Shown in pieces: positions 1 to 12,112 of a stretch of 63,778 nucleotides of DNA. Position 1 is the stretch's first letter. Every line of letters begins with the position of its first letter. The stretch comes from Carcharhinus longimanus. Lineage: Eukaryota. The notes beneath the pieces were generated by a model that was given only the letters and a program-made list of their open reading frames with translations, ran no database searches and was not told where the DNA came from. The stretch spans positions 56,973,074 through 57,036,851 of the forward strand of contig JASCQW010000162.1 of NCBI GenBank assembly GCA_030264375.1, given 5' to 3'. Position numbers and translations under genes: made by a program.

Positions 1-94
1 ATTTTTACAAGACAGTCAATGAAATTCCTTATATAAAACTGATAGGAAATGTTCTGAGACATCTATTATTCATTGTGTTTCAGATAGAGAAGTT

Positions 95-310
95 AAAGTG
101 AACCCTTGTCTACCCTGTTGGGTGGATATAAAAGATCTTGTGACACTATTTAAAAGAAAAGGGGAGTTATTGTCCAATATCTATCCCTCAATCAACGATC
201 CAAAAACAGATTATCTGGTCTTCATCACATTGCTGCTTGTGGGAACTTGCAGTATGGATATTGGCTGCTGTATTTTCTACATTACGTGAACCACTGCACT
301 CATTTAATGG
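95..310 (+). mobile_element. DeuSINE (SacSINE1/AmnSINE1-like) fragment
   Basis: Deu-domain-like string tatctatccctcaatcaac...aacagattatctggtcttcatcacattgctgcttgtggga; matches other copies in the window. Confidence 0.75.
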
Positions 311-413
311 ATCCTGTTCCATTCTTGCTAATTGCTGTATTTGCATTCATAACTGGAATAAATGCACATCAAAGCTAACAAACTGGATGTGAAACACTTT
401 GGAGAGATGCTTT

Positions 414-1178
414 TTGATTTGATTTATTATTGTTACATGTACTAGCATGTAGTGAAAAGTATTGTTTCTTGGGCACTATATAGACAAAGCGTACCATTTA
501 TAGCGAAGGAAAGGAAGTGCAGAATGTAATGTTACAGTCATAGCTAGGGTGTAGAAAAAGATCAACTTAGCTCAAGATAAGTCAATTCAAAAGTCTGATG
601 ACAGCAGGGAAGATTCTATTCTTGAGTTGAAAATGAGAGGGAGAAAGTTTAGAAGAGATGTAAGGAGCAAGTTTATCACCCAGAGGGTGGTGAATCCCTG
701 GAACACGCTACTGGAGGCGGTGATGGAAGCAGATTTTATAACAATGTTCAAGAGGCATCTGGATAGTTACTGAAATAGGCAGGGAATAGAGGGATATGGA
801 CCACATAGAGGCAGGAAAATATTAGATTGGGGAGGCATCTGTGTTGGCACAGACTTGGTGGGCCGAATGGCCTGTTCCTGTGCTGCGCAGCACTGTTCTT
901 TGTTCTTTACAAAATGGCTTTAAAATGTGGAAAGGAAGAGGCCAGAAGACGCAACAAATGATAAAATGTTGTGGAGAGTGAATAAACAAATATAATTGCT
1001 GGAGTCGATTGGTACATGACCTCAGACTTTTGTATCTTTTACCCGATGGAAGAAAGTGAAAGAGACCATGTCCAGGGCGCATGGGGTCCTTGATTACGCT
1101 GGCTGTTTTTGAGGCAGCGAGAAGTGTAGACAGAGTCAATGGATGAGAGGCTGGTTTGTGTGATGGACTGGGCTTCAC
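414..1178 (-). mobile_element. Rex1/Babar LINE 3' end, split by an insertion at 628-1001
   Basis: ORF 822-1178 reads VIKDPMRPGHGLFHFLPSGKRYKSLRSCTNRL (Rex1 C-terminus); 414-627 is the 3' UTR and (TCAAA)n tail; collinear with the copy at 6435-6884. Confidence 0.85.
628..907 (+). mobile_element. CR1 (HER1-like) LINE 3' end
   Basis: tttatcacccagagggtggtgaatccctggaac ... gggccgaatggcctgttcctgtgctg plus (gttcttt)n tail. Confidence 0.85.
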
Positions 1179-2222
1179 TCGCTGAAATGATTCAAAATAA
1201 TTTTTGCCATCAGTTCTGAAGGAAGACTCTTATTTTTGCTGAAGAGATGAATGTAAAGCACAAAATAAGCTTTAAAAATAATGGAAAGCCAAGTTTAACT
1301 TAGACAAAGGGCATAGGACTGCAGGACACAAAAAAGTTTACAAATCTTGAGCAAGGTTAAATTACAAAACCAATCTTCCGGCAGAATAATGGGTAGAGAT
1401 AGAGAAAAGGTGCCTTATTCAGGATTACTTAGTAACTCCAAGTGAGAACTGGATCGATAACCATTGAATAGGGAGTTGGAGGGTTTCAGAGTTATTCACA
1501 GCACTATCACATACTTTTTCTCATGAGAAAAGCAGCAATTTAGTCTTCCTTAAAGTAAGGGATTACTAGTTGTTGGAGAGCCTATGATAGAATCTTTCGC
1601 ATGGACTTTGCGTGGATCAGATTTCAAGGCCTTTTTCTGACTTATGGTCTTTTTTATGTTGCTATGTTCATCAAAATATCATTCATTTTTACAATAAAAT
1701 GGAGAGGATAGCTTCCCTAAAAGTACATTAAAAAACTTGCCAGTCCTGTGTTATAAGAATCAGATTTGTTTCATCCTTTTAAACCCATGATATGCCAGCC
1801 ATGAATAGATAGAATTTCTGGGTGCATTTATGCTGGTCAAAATTCTCAGAATCTTACTTAATAAAATGAAGGATAGATTTTTTTGATTTCAATGAGGAAA
1901 CCAGAGAGAACCCCATCAGCATTGTCGGTGAGAAAAGTTGTTATATTTCCAATTCATTAAAAAAAGTCATGAATTTCACACAGCGCCTCTGGCAGTCAGC
2001 CTCTCATTACCCTGGCATTATTTGAACTCATTTTAAAATACCTGCCCAACATTCCCCAGCACTTGTTCCAAGTCCAATNNNNNNNNNNNNNNNNNNNNNN
2101 NNNNNNNNNNNNNNNNNNNNNNNNNNNNNNNNNNNNNNNNNNNNNNNNNNNNNNNNNNNNNNNNNNNNNNNNNNNNNNCTGCCCAACATTCCCCAGCACT
2201 TGTTCCAAGTCCAATCATGGAA

Positions 2223-3590
2223 ATGGCAGCCAGGAGGACAACCCCATGATTTGCCGAGGGAGTCCTAACCAAGATGCTGGATGGGGTGAAGGAGAGGCAT
2301 GACATCCTCTATCCTCACATGGGCATCAGCCTGCTAACAATGTTACCAACCTGGCATGGGAGATGTGACAACACTAGTGTGTGCCAACTCACTACACAAG
2401 AGATGGGAATCCAGTGCGGGAAGAAGATGAATGACCTTCCTTGTGCAGTGAGGGTAAGTCATACTTTTCATGTGTCCATTAACACACCTATCACACTTCC
2501 ACAGAGATCTCACTCCCAGCCACCTCATGGGGTCCCAACACTGGCCCTGCCACCCACCACCACCTATCCCCCTGCCCCCCCCTCCCTGTGGATCCTCTCC
2601 TCCTCACATTCCAGCTCCCACTTACTTACCATGCATTCCAGACATCTTTACCACCAGACCTGGCACAAGTCCTGCCTAAACTCTTCCCATCTGTCTCATT
2701 GCAGGACAAATTCAAGCACTGGCGCAAGCGGGCACAGCCTGCGGAGAGATGCCTGAGCTGAAGACATTCACTCCATTTGAAGAAAGAGGCCTTGAACTGC
2801 TCAGAGATGAACAGCACTGCTCCTGTGCTGACGATGAGGTTTGGGCAAGAGACAAAAGTGAGAACCTTCAGCAAATCTAGCCATGGCGCCAGCCTCACAT
2901 GGATTCAATTTTTGCTATTGTTATGCTCAATATGTTAATCAGGCTATCTCACTGCTCTTGCAGATAAATCAGTCGTCCATCCTGGCTCATCCTCTTCCCC
3001 TCTGGATGCAATGGATCCAAGCAGCTCCAAGGGAAATAGTTCAGAGAATAGCATCGAAGAGGCATCATGGTTGTCACCTACACCCTTTGCCAGTGCAGAT
3101 ACTTACACCTCGGTGAAAATCATTAATAATAGGCTTCTGGGTCACTCAGTGGTGAGTACCTAACAGTTGATGGTCCACACCAAGCGAAGACAGAGACATC
3201 CCAGGGATCTGATAGTTGGAGGGATGCCGGGGCCCAGGACTCTTCTGAGCCCTGCTCAGTTGACATGCCCCTGGGTTCGGTCATCCCTCAGCTGCTGGAC
3301 CTACAAACTCAGAGTCATGAATATGAAAGAGGGATATGAGTGTCCCTCCTTGGGCAGCAGGCCAACTGGTCCCATCACACTCCATCTAAAGAGATAGTGT
3401 CGGCATTCTGAGGGTGAAGTCTATGGTGGAGACCTTGGTGCAGGACGTTCACCCCGTGGCAGGGGACATCCTCTCCATGGTTCAGGTCACACATCCCATG
3501 GCTGATGGTGTGAGCTGCATGGAGCAGGGCATAAACTGCACAGTGCAGGCATCTGTGGGAATCCATGAGGGTCAAATTGAGAGGCTATCA
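2223..3590 (+). pseudogene. Harbinger Myb/SANT-like DNA-binding gene, spliced and decayed
   Basis: FAEGVLTKMLDGVKERHDILYP...QCGKKMNDL; donor gtaagt at 2454; acceptor ttgcag at 2704; exon 2 contains TPFEERGLEL; donor at 2858; acceptor at 2963; stops and frameshifts present. Confidence 0.7.
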
Positions 3591-3639
3591 TTGTGTCCTG
3601 GGCCCTGCACCCACCCCCCCTCCGCCCCCACCATCACCA

Positions 3640-5036
3640 CGGCCTCCGCCCCCCCATGTGGGGCCTGTCTACTTCCAGATATCCTTCTTCCACCTCCTCT
3701 GGGGTTTGACCCTCACCACCCTCCTTGACCTCCTCCTGATCAGAGGAGATGTGGAAATCCTCCAACTCCTCATCCAGTTCCTTGCCCCATTGTAATGCCA
3801 GGTCATGGAATGGGCAGCACACCACAATGATGCGAGACACCCTGTGGGGGCTGTATGGAGAACTCCCCCCAACTAGTCCGGGCACTGGAACTGCAACTTC
3901 AGCAAGCCTATGGTCTGCTCCACTAGTGCACATGTAACAGCATGAGCCCTGCCATAATGAAGCCCCGTGGGTGTTTGTAGCCTCCACACTGGCTTCATCA
4001 GCCACTTCCTGAGGGGTAGCCCTTCTCCCTGAGGGGTGATCTCACCAGCTGCTGCTCTCCCTCAAAAGTGGTCATAATCTGAGAGTGTCTGTAGTTGTCA
4101 TGGATACGCCACAGGAAACAGGCACACACCTGCATAATATGCTTCACGTTGTCACCAGCAATCTGCACATTGAGGGAGTGTAATCCCTTGCAGTTCATGA
4201 AGGGCACCCTATACTGTCAGGAGGAATTCTGAGCTAAATGATTGCAGTCAATCAGACCCGTACCTGGGGAAGTGCAGCCATGTGGGTGAAACCCATGGTT
4301 CTGACATCCTGGCTAGCCTGATCCCAGTCAAAGTTGATGCAGTTATGAGCCTTGAAAATTATGCACGTCACCTTCCTTATGAACTTACGTGCAGCAGACT
4401 GAGAGGTGCGGCAGAGATCCCCTTGTAGCTCTGATGAGCTGCTGGCAGAAATGTTCAGTACAGTTGTGACATTCAGGGTCACAGGGAATGGGTAATCTCT
4501 CTGCGCACGTGGGATCAATTCCCGCGTGACCTGGCACTGGTGATCCACCTCCCTCAAGCAAATGCACTCGTCTCTGGCATTGGATCTCCATCATCTGGAG
4601 GTATATCATTCTGCTCTGGTTATACCTATGGCCCGGTAGTGTCTCCTCCAAGGCAACAGTGTGTGCCGCTGCCCTGGTAATTCAGTGGGCTCTGTTTCCC
4701 CTTTCTCTGCAGGGTGCTGGGCCTGTCACGTGCAGCTGTACATTATAAGAAGTCTCACAACACCAGGTTAAAGTCCAACAGGTTTATTTGGTAGCAAATG
4801 CCACCAGCTTTCGGGTTTCTGCGCTTTAGTCAGGTGAGCAGAGCCTGCTAATGACGTTTGCTACCAAATAAACCTGTTGGACTTTAACCTGGTGTTGTGA
4901 GACTTCTTACTGTGTTTACTCCAGTCCAAAGCCAGCATCTCCACATCACAGCTGCACACTGACATCCTCTCTCATATTCCACTGTTATCAGCAGCACAGC
5001 AACTCCATCATCCTCACACTCCAAGAACATAAAGGC
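3640..5036 (-). pseudogene. Harbinger (HARBI1-like) DDE transposase, frameshifted
   Basis: Pieces RMIYLQMMEIQCQRR, GDLCRTSQSAARKFIRKVT, IDCNH, NCKGLHSLNVQIAGD...HD...EKGYP and YSPHRVSRIIVVCC in different frames. Confidence 0.85.
4746..4948. mobile_element. Penelope-like element inverted-terminus remnant inserted in the Harbinger transposase
   Basis: ~55 bp inverted arms (4747-4800 and 4855-4909); degenerate hammerhead motif; flanking direct repeat cagctgtacatt / cagctgcacact. Confidence 0.8.
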
Positions 5037-5282
5037 ATGAAACGTATCAATGACCAATGAGTTGTCTTGTCAATGCCCTGACTCATTGCCCTATCAAGAC
5101 ATGGCACATTACCCAGCAGCTTCACTCCCTTCTCTCACACACATGACCATTTCCCCACATGAGCCTCTTTCAACTCCATGTGACAGAAAATCTGCAGTAA
5201 CCTCCACAAATGGTGAGGAACGAGGGCACATGTGTACATTGAGTTGGCCTATGTGCCGACTTCCTGCAGGGCTGAAACGCTG

Positions 5283-5595
5283 TTGAGCTCTTGTCACCTG
5301 GAGGAGGGATGAACAGGACTGCTCCTGTGCTGAGGGCGAGGTAGGGGCAAGAGACAAAAGTGAGTACCCCCAGCAAATCTAGCCACGGTGCCAGCCTCAC
5401 ATGAGTTCACTTCCTTCTATTCTTATGCCCATCATGTATTCAGGCTATCTCACTTCTCTTGCAAATAAATCAGTCGTCCATCCTGGCCCATCCTCTCTCC
5501 CTCTGGATACAATGGACCCAAGCAGCTCTGAGGGAAATACCTCAGAGAATAGCATTGAAGAGGCATCACGTTTGTCACCCGCACTCTCAGTCAGG
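5283..5595 (+). repeat. Direct duplicate of Harbinger Myb exon 2-3 region (about 2790-3100)
   Basis: Shared strings ctgctcctgtgctga, gggcaagagacaaaagtgag, cagcaaatctagcca, ataaatcagtcgtccatcctgg. Confidence 0.85.
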
Positions 5596-5634
5596 GCATT
5601 GACAGAACATCTCATTTCTCACAGACTTTCGTCC

Positions 5635-6010
5635 CTTTATGTTCTTGGAGTGTGAGGATGATGGAGCCAGTGAAATTGCTGTGCTGTTGATAGCGGTGGG
5701 ATATGGGAGAGGATGTCAATGTGCAGCTGCACATGGACAAGCCCAGCCCCTATTGGGAAAAGGGGAAGCAGAGCCCACTGAGTTATCAGGCTCGGAGGAG
5801 ACACCAGCAGGGCATGGGTGTACCAGAACAGAATGATATACTTCCAGATGACAGAGATCCAGTGCCAGAGACGAATGTGTTTGTCCGAGGGATGGTGGAC
5901 TGCCTGTGCCAGATCATGTAGGAATTGGTGCCACATGGGCTGAGAGATCACCCATTCCCTGGTCACAGCTGTGCTGAACTTTTCTGTCAGCATCTCATCA
6001 GGGCTGCACA
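5635..6010 (+). pseudogene. Inverted second copy of the Harbinger transposase 5' region
   Basis: WVYQNRMIYFQMTEIQCQRR; reverse complement of 4430-4740 plus 4949-5036, without the Penelope insert. Confidence 0.8.
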
Positions 6011-6434
6011 GGACATCATGCAGCACGTCCCAGTCCGCTGCTTTGAAACGGAGGACCCAACCTTCCTGTTGCATGCCATTTTAACTCGACACCTTGCTCC
6101 CATGCCCACATATCCATCCTTGGCTTGCTGCAATGCTCCAGTGAATCCCGGGGCAAGCTGGAGGGAGTATCATCTTATCTTCCAATTGCAACCCTCCAGA
6201 CTCAACATTTAGATTTTGATCTTTCAGTTCATTTTAAAGCCCCTTCTTAAAAAAAATCAGATACATGTATTGCCTCAATTCAACCTCTCCCCCCATGCCA
6301 GACCATCTGCCTTTTGGTTTTAAAATTACTCCATTTTGTTGCAGTTGCTACAGATCTTAACACANNNNNNNNNNATTCCTGATTTCCCAAAATATTTTAA
6401 TATCTTTAATCAGGAATTATGCCATGTTTGATTT

Positions 6435-6884
6435 ATCACAGCTTGGTATGGCTCCTCTCTGCCCAAGACAACAAGAAATGACAAAGGATTGTGAATGTAG
6501 CCCAATCCATCACGCAAACCAGCCTCCCATCCCTTGACTTTGTCTACACTTCCCGCTGCCTTGGCAAAGCAACCAGCATAATTAATGACCCCACGCACCC
6601 TGGACATTCACTCTTCCACCTTCTTCCATCGGGAAAAACATGCAAAAGTCTGAGATCACATACCTAAATAATCAAGAGCAGCTTCTTCCCTGCTGCCATC
6701 AGACGTTTGAATGGACCTACCTTGCATTAAATTGATCTTTCTCTACACCCTAGCTATGATGGTAAGACTACTCTGCACTCTCTCATTTCCTTCTCTATGA
6801 ACAGTATGCTTTGCCTATATAGCGCACAAGAAACAGTACTTTCACTGAAATCAAATATATGTGACAATAATAAATCAAATCAAA
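6435..6884 (+). mobile_element. Rex1/Babar LINE 3' end
   Basis: IINDPTHPGHSLFHLLPSGK...SSFFPAAIRRLN; tail tgtgacaataataaatcaaatcaaa. Confidence 0.85.
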
Positions 6885-8161
6885 CTTTTATAGTGAAAGA
6901 TGTGTCCATAAATTTAAAGTGGCCCCAACACACCGGAATATCTGACTGACAAGGTGAAAATTCATGGGATGGAAGTCTCCCATTTTGGGACAGCGCTGAC
7001 CAGAACAGTGGGATCCCACACCCCTCCCCCATCCCAGGCGCTGTAATGATCTGAGACCATGACACAGGAGAATCCATGGGTCCAGAAGCATGGTCATGGA
7101 GCTGGAGGGCAGATACTGGCCTGCCCTGGCAGAGTGGTGGAGACTGCATTGGGAGCAGCGCACCACTATAGCAGAAAATTGATGCACTTCTGTTCAAAGT
7201 CTCTGAGGAACTGGGGAACTGAGGACCACCTTGTGCACACTATTCATTAGCAATCGAGTTTAATGCCAACATGATTTCCTGCCGGCGTGATGGAAGATTG
7301 GAAGGCTGGACACGATACTGGCAAGCACCTGTTTTAATGGTCATTCATGCCACTTGAGAGTGACTGCCATGAACCTGACATTGGGAGAGTTGCAATGTAA
7401 TTTTAGGCTGGTGGGTTTCTGATTTTTTTTGGCACCCACCAGATTCGATCTGCCCACCCACGGCCAAACTGCCCCCTCATGGGTGGGTTGGGAGAATACC
7501 TCCCGTTCGCTGGTTAAACCTCCTGTAAAACACAACAGGCTGGAAATTAGTTTGCCTGGATCTTGCCTGGATGCAGGGGTTATGATTCGTGCTGGGCCCA
7601 CAATTGCTCAGACTGAGGTGAGCAATACACCAAATCTCACACACAGCTCCTCTGAATGATTGTGCCTGATCTCCTCTTCTTAATGCTGCCAGTGAGCTCT
7701 GCACACAAACAGAAGGCTCCATCGACATTTTCTGCTGATTCTGTGGTTCTTGACTACAGCAATCCTTTCAAGCAGCTTCCATGTGAATTAATTGGAAATC
7801 GAACAATAGGACAGACAGAGGAATTCAAAGTGACAGATGAGCATTAATGGCGCAGGTAATTAGGATAGAAGATGTTATGGCCCTGTGGAGGGGCCAGGCA
7901 ACCCTTCAAGGATCGCCCTCAGAAAGGAGAGGGCACATCGCAGAGTCTGGACCAGAGGACATGGCGGCTTGGTCAGTAAATGCACTTTCACATGACATCT
8001 CCTGTCCACCAACATGCCACACTGCTCAATGCATTATATCCCTTTTACTCACTGAGCAGCACTCCCTACCACTCAGATTCAAGCCTAACATCCAGATACA
8101 CACCAGTCTCACATTCTGGCTCCATGGATGTGCAGCTATTCAGGTGCATCACCCAATCCCT

Positions 8162-8520
8162 GGGGTAACATGGTGGCACAGTGCTTAGCATTGCTGCCTC
8201 ACAGTGCCAGAGATCCAGGTTCAATTCTAGCCTCAGCTGACTGTCTGTGTGGAGCTTGCACATTCTCCCTGTGTCTGCCTGGATTTTCTCTGGGTGTTCT
8301 GGTTTCCCCTCACACTCCAAAGATGTGCAGGTTAGCTGGATTGGCCATGCTAAATTATCCCTTAGTATCTGAAGATGTGTAAGTTAATGGGATTTGTGGG
8401 GTAAATGCCTGGGGTTAAGGGAATGAGGCCAGGAGGTGGGGCTGGGTAAGATGCACTGTCGGAGAGTCAGTGCAGACTCAATGGGCCAAATGACCTCCTG
8501 CACTGTAAGAATTCTATGAT
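8162..8520 (+). mobile_element. HE1-type V-SINE with CR1-derived tail
   Basis: tRNA-like head with A/B boxes, V-domain, tail ending attctatgat. Confidence 0.9.
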
Positions 8521-11500
8521 TGTTAATGAATGGCATGCCACGGCAGACTGGGTGCTGCCCTCCATCTCCATGCCCAACTGGTCTCTATGGACAGTACCAT
8601 ACTACTGAGCCCATGGATCCTCCATCGTCTCAGATCAGTACAGTGCATGGGGTTGGGAATATAGGACTCTCCTTCCCCTCACTCCTTTGGTGTGATCTTA
8701 GCATCACATTAGCAATTGGACTATGTGATGTCAGGTTAGTGCTGAATCAATGTTTCAGCACATGCAGAGACATGTTCACATCCTCAAAGAATACTGTGCA
8801 GACCATGCAGGTAGCTGCCCCAATGTAGCCTGCCCCATCCTACCCCTCCCAAGAAATCCAGCAAGGCCTTCACAATATTGCTAACATTTGTCATACACAA
8901 ATGAAATTTGAGTCCAACTACTTACATTATAGATTACCTCTGATGCAGAAAAACATTAAAAGAAAGAAGTGAATGTTGAAGCGTAGAAGGAGATATTCAT
9001 AATTTTCCCCTGAAACTTGATTCGAAAGGTTGCTTTTAAAGTGAGCCTAAAAGGAAGCGGGGGTATCTGTGATGAGGCAAAAGTGTTTAGGGAGGACATT
9101 ACAGAGCATGGACATAGATTGCTAACTAACTCATGGTCACTAATGGTGGGGTGGATTGCAAAATATGCCTGGATCACAAGAATGAAGCATTCAAGAGGGG
9201 CATGAGTCAGAACTGGTGTTGCAGCAATTGAGAAGATCACAGAGGTTGAGGAGAAGCCAAGGATGGATTTAAGGATGGGTTTCACCAGGTTTCTAAACAG
9301 GCATGTATATAATAAAAGCGACTGTAACGAAGTGACACAATTGCACAACCAATCCTCTTATGCCCATCAGGTTAAATTTTCATCAAAGTGCCCAATGCAG
9401 TGTAAATTTACATTAGTAGCCAATGTGGCACAGACATTCAACTGAGAGAGTTCTTCATTCCTATCAGGAATTTAGTCAAAATGGAAACTGCATGGTGTTT
9501 GCAACCTCTCTTTCACAGAAAATGAGAGCTATTTGTATGAATTCCACTCCAGCAAGAGTGTGACTACGAACATCAGCTATTCTCCACAGTAATTTTACTG
9601 GGGATTCAGAAGGCCACGAATTGTTGTGGAAAGAATGAAGCACCGATTGCCTGGAGATTAGAAGGTTTGTGCCTTGACCTGAAGCTATTGCATCCTACTC
9701 ATCGAAAGCGCCATAGTGCATCCGAATCATGGCACCTCTTCAATTCCTCAGTCTGCAGTTGCCTTTGTCAGAACCATTATTATAAAGAAAATGACTCGAG
9801 GATAGAATAATCAGAAGAGAATAGTCGGATTAGGGCCTAGAATGCATGAAAAATTAAGTGACGGGGCATTGGGATTACTCTAGCTTTGCATGGCCAACAA
9901 ATTACATTTTACAGTGAACACAATTACATAGCTGGTGGTTCTTTAATAATGTATGAATGCCTGTCTGCCTGACTGCCACCACACCAGCCAAACAGCCATC
10001 TGCTCCCATTCAGACACGATTCATCAGCTCCCAGTTTTCTTTGCCCCCAGATACAGATCCCAGAACTGTTGTTGACTTTTGATAGAACGGAGTCACTCAT
10101 TTGTCTCTGTCCTTTTGTGCTCCCCTAGAATCACATCAATGTCTGCGGATTCAATAGTAACCTTTATTGTTATTATTATTACAAATGATGCTTCTTGGCT
10201 GGCTTTGAAGCTTACCTTCCTCTGGGAGCTGTTCAACCACCCACCAGCATTAGATATAGATCTGGATTGTACAAATGGGGGGACAAAAAGAGTGAATGAA
10301 ACTGCTGGATTATGTATTATTTCCGCAATGATTTTTCTACCCTGGGGTTTTGCTTAAATTCCATTTGCTGACAAATAGCATTAATGGAACTGAACATTAA
10401 CTCCTCACTTGCCAAGTCTTGTTCACATGAGCTTTAATGCTCCTGAATTCTATGAGTAATGGAAACGATTTCTATTTCAATTGGAGTGATTGCTACAGTT
10501 GAAAGGCTTATTGAAAAAGATGCTACGCTTCAGCCCCCACGATACGTAACCATACCACCACAAACGCAGCCAAATGGAAGTATGAGAGTTACAAAGGTTC
10601 AGCAAAAACATGTGTTTTTTAATATATTGGAAGGTGAATGCAGAATTCAAAACAGGTCGTTAAAGTGAACATGACAGGGGAAAATTGAATGAAAACAAAT
10701 GCATTCAATTAGGGATAAAACTTACCTGCACTGAATGAGAAATCAGTGGAAAACCAAATGGTGGATAAGTCTGTGTGACTCACCACAGTGCCACCTGGCT
10801 GGGAGACTAAAACATTAAAATATGAAATTTAAGCAAGTATCGTCGTGTTCGTCATTAAGGCCCAGATCCTGCAGTAGTAATGATGTCTAAATTGCCAATG
10901 TTTGCCATCATTACTGCTCTGAAATGGACAGAAACTGCCTGGGTTCCACTTGTACACACTTAATGGGCTTCAGAATTTGCAGTCAGCGATTCAGTGCTTC
11001 TCCAGAGGGTGACCTATGGAGGCAACTCGGATTGTGATCAGTAGCGAATCTATGAAGTTTTACGTTCCCATCCTCACTTTAACAAACACTGACAAGTTGC
11101 AGCTTGTTGAATGAGGGGTAACTGGGTTTTTAATGATGTACAAAGTTCATAATTACTCATAAATATTTTCACTGGCCCTGAAAGAATAGCTTTAGAAGCC
11201 AGATAACACCGACTGAGAAAATTTTTTTTTATATAGTTATAGAATTTTGATACTTTAGCTTCGTAATCACATGTGTATAACACACCCATTTCTTTAACTA
11301 TCTGTAAACATTAAAAAATAAAGGTGAAATGATTCGGTGGTTTGCTATCTGTCAGCAAACTTCAAAGTGATTTGTTGCTGATTCTGCTTTATAATATCAC
11401 TGCTGCTGGATACCTGGATTCCCTTGACTCAAATGGATTTTAGGGAAGGGAAAGGAAAGGTCAGCCCTCAGATATCGCTACACCTTTGAGGGAAGCTTTT

Positions 11501-11904
11501 TTAAGATCAAAGGGGAGTGCTGTAACTTTGCACTGACTGCAAAATCCATGTCTTTAAAAATGATACAAGAAGGAGCCACCAGGTTTGCCAGAATTGTGCA
11601 CAGAACATAGTGTTTCAAAAATGTTAACGTAACATATATAGATGATGAGTTGGACACCTTGACTGATGGGTCAGCAAATCAACTGTATGAAGGGAACTTA
11701 GTTATAAAGACTGGGAAGTTAGGCAGGCTGGGATGGTTCCAGGTTCAATCACTGCTCCATGCCGAGTTGCTATATTATTTCTCCTACAGTTGAAGAGGGT
11801 GAAATTTTCCACTGGTGGAATTTTCTATTCCCGCAGAAGTCAATGGACTTTTGAATAGCTGGCTGCATTTTCCAGATTCACCACTCTGTGACAGAGACAT
11901 AAAA

Positions 11905-12112
11905 GCCAAGTGTTAAAAACTGAGTAATACATGTTTCGAATGGAATAGCCAACATTAACAATACATAGACCTGCACAGGAGATTTTGTCTTGCCAAGAGT
12001 GGAGTCTGTTTAAACTCTCCCTTAATGTAACCATTGACGGGTACTCTCTCTGGAATTCACGTTCTGCCTCACTTTCCACCCTCAACACACCCAGAGTCTT
12101 GGCAAAACAAAA
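11905..12112. repeat. Copy 1 of an unclassified ~200 bp duplicated element
   Basis: Aligns with 13172-13380; 15/16 bp inverted arms at 11983-11998 and 12097-12112. Confidence 0.8.

Larger units (their letters stand above)
1805..6200. mobile_element. Rearranged, decayed PIF/Harbinger DNA transposon complex
   Basis: Convergent Myb/SANT-like gene (+) and HARBI1-like transposase (-), followed by duplicated pieces of both. Confidence 0.8.

Noticed and set aside
2041-2215. ~37 bp exact repeat on either side of an N gap
   Set aside because: Identical flanks of a 100-N gap indicate an unmerged contig overlap, not biology.
8170-8240. tRNA-like A/B boxes here and in other SINE heads
   Set aside because: They are SINE heads with no complete cloverleaf, so not tRNA genes.
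9541-9810. Stop-free plus-strand frame of about 89 codons
   Set aside because: No ATG, a stop immediately upstream, no recognisable motif; this length is expected by chance.
11983-12112. C/D snoRNA reading (GUGUUGA as box C on -)
   Set aside because: No conserved CUGA box D in either copy; kept only as an unclassified structure.
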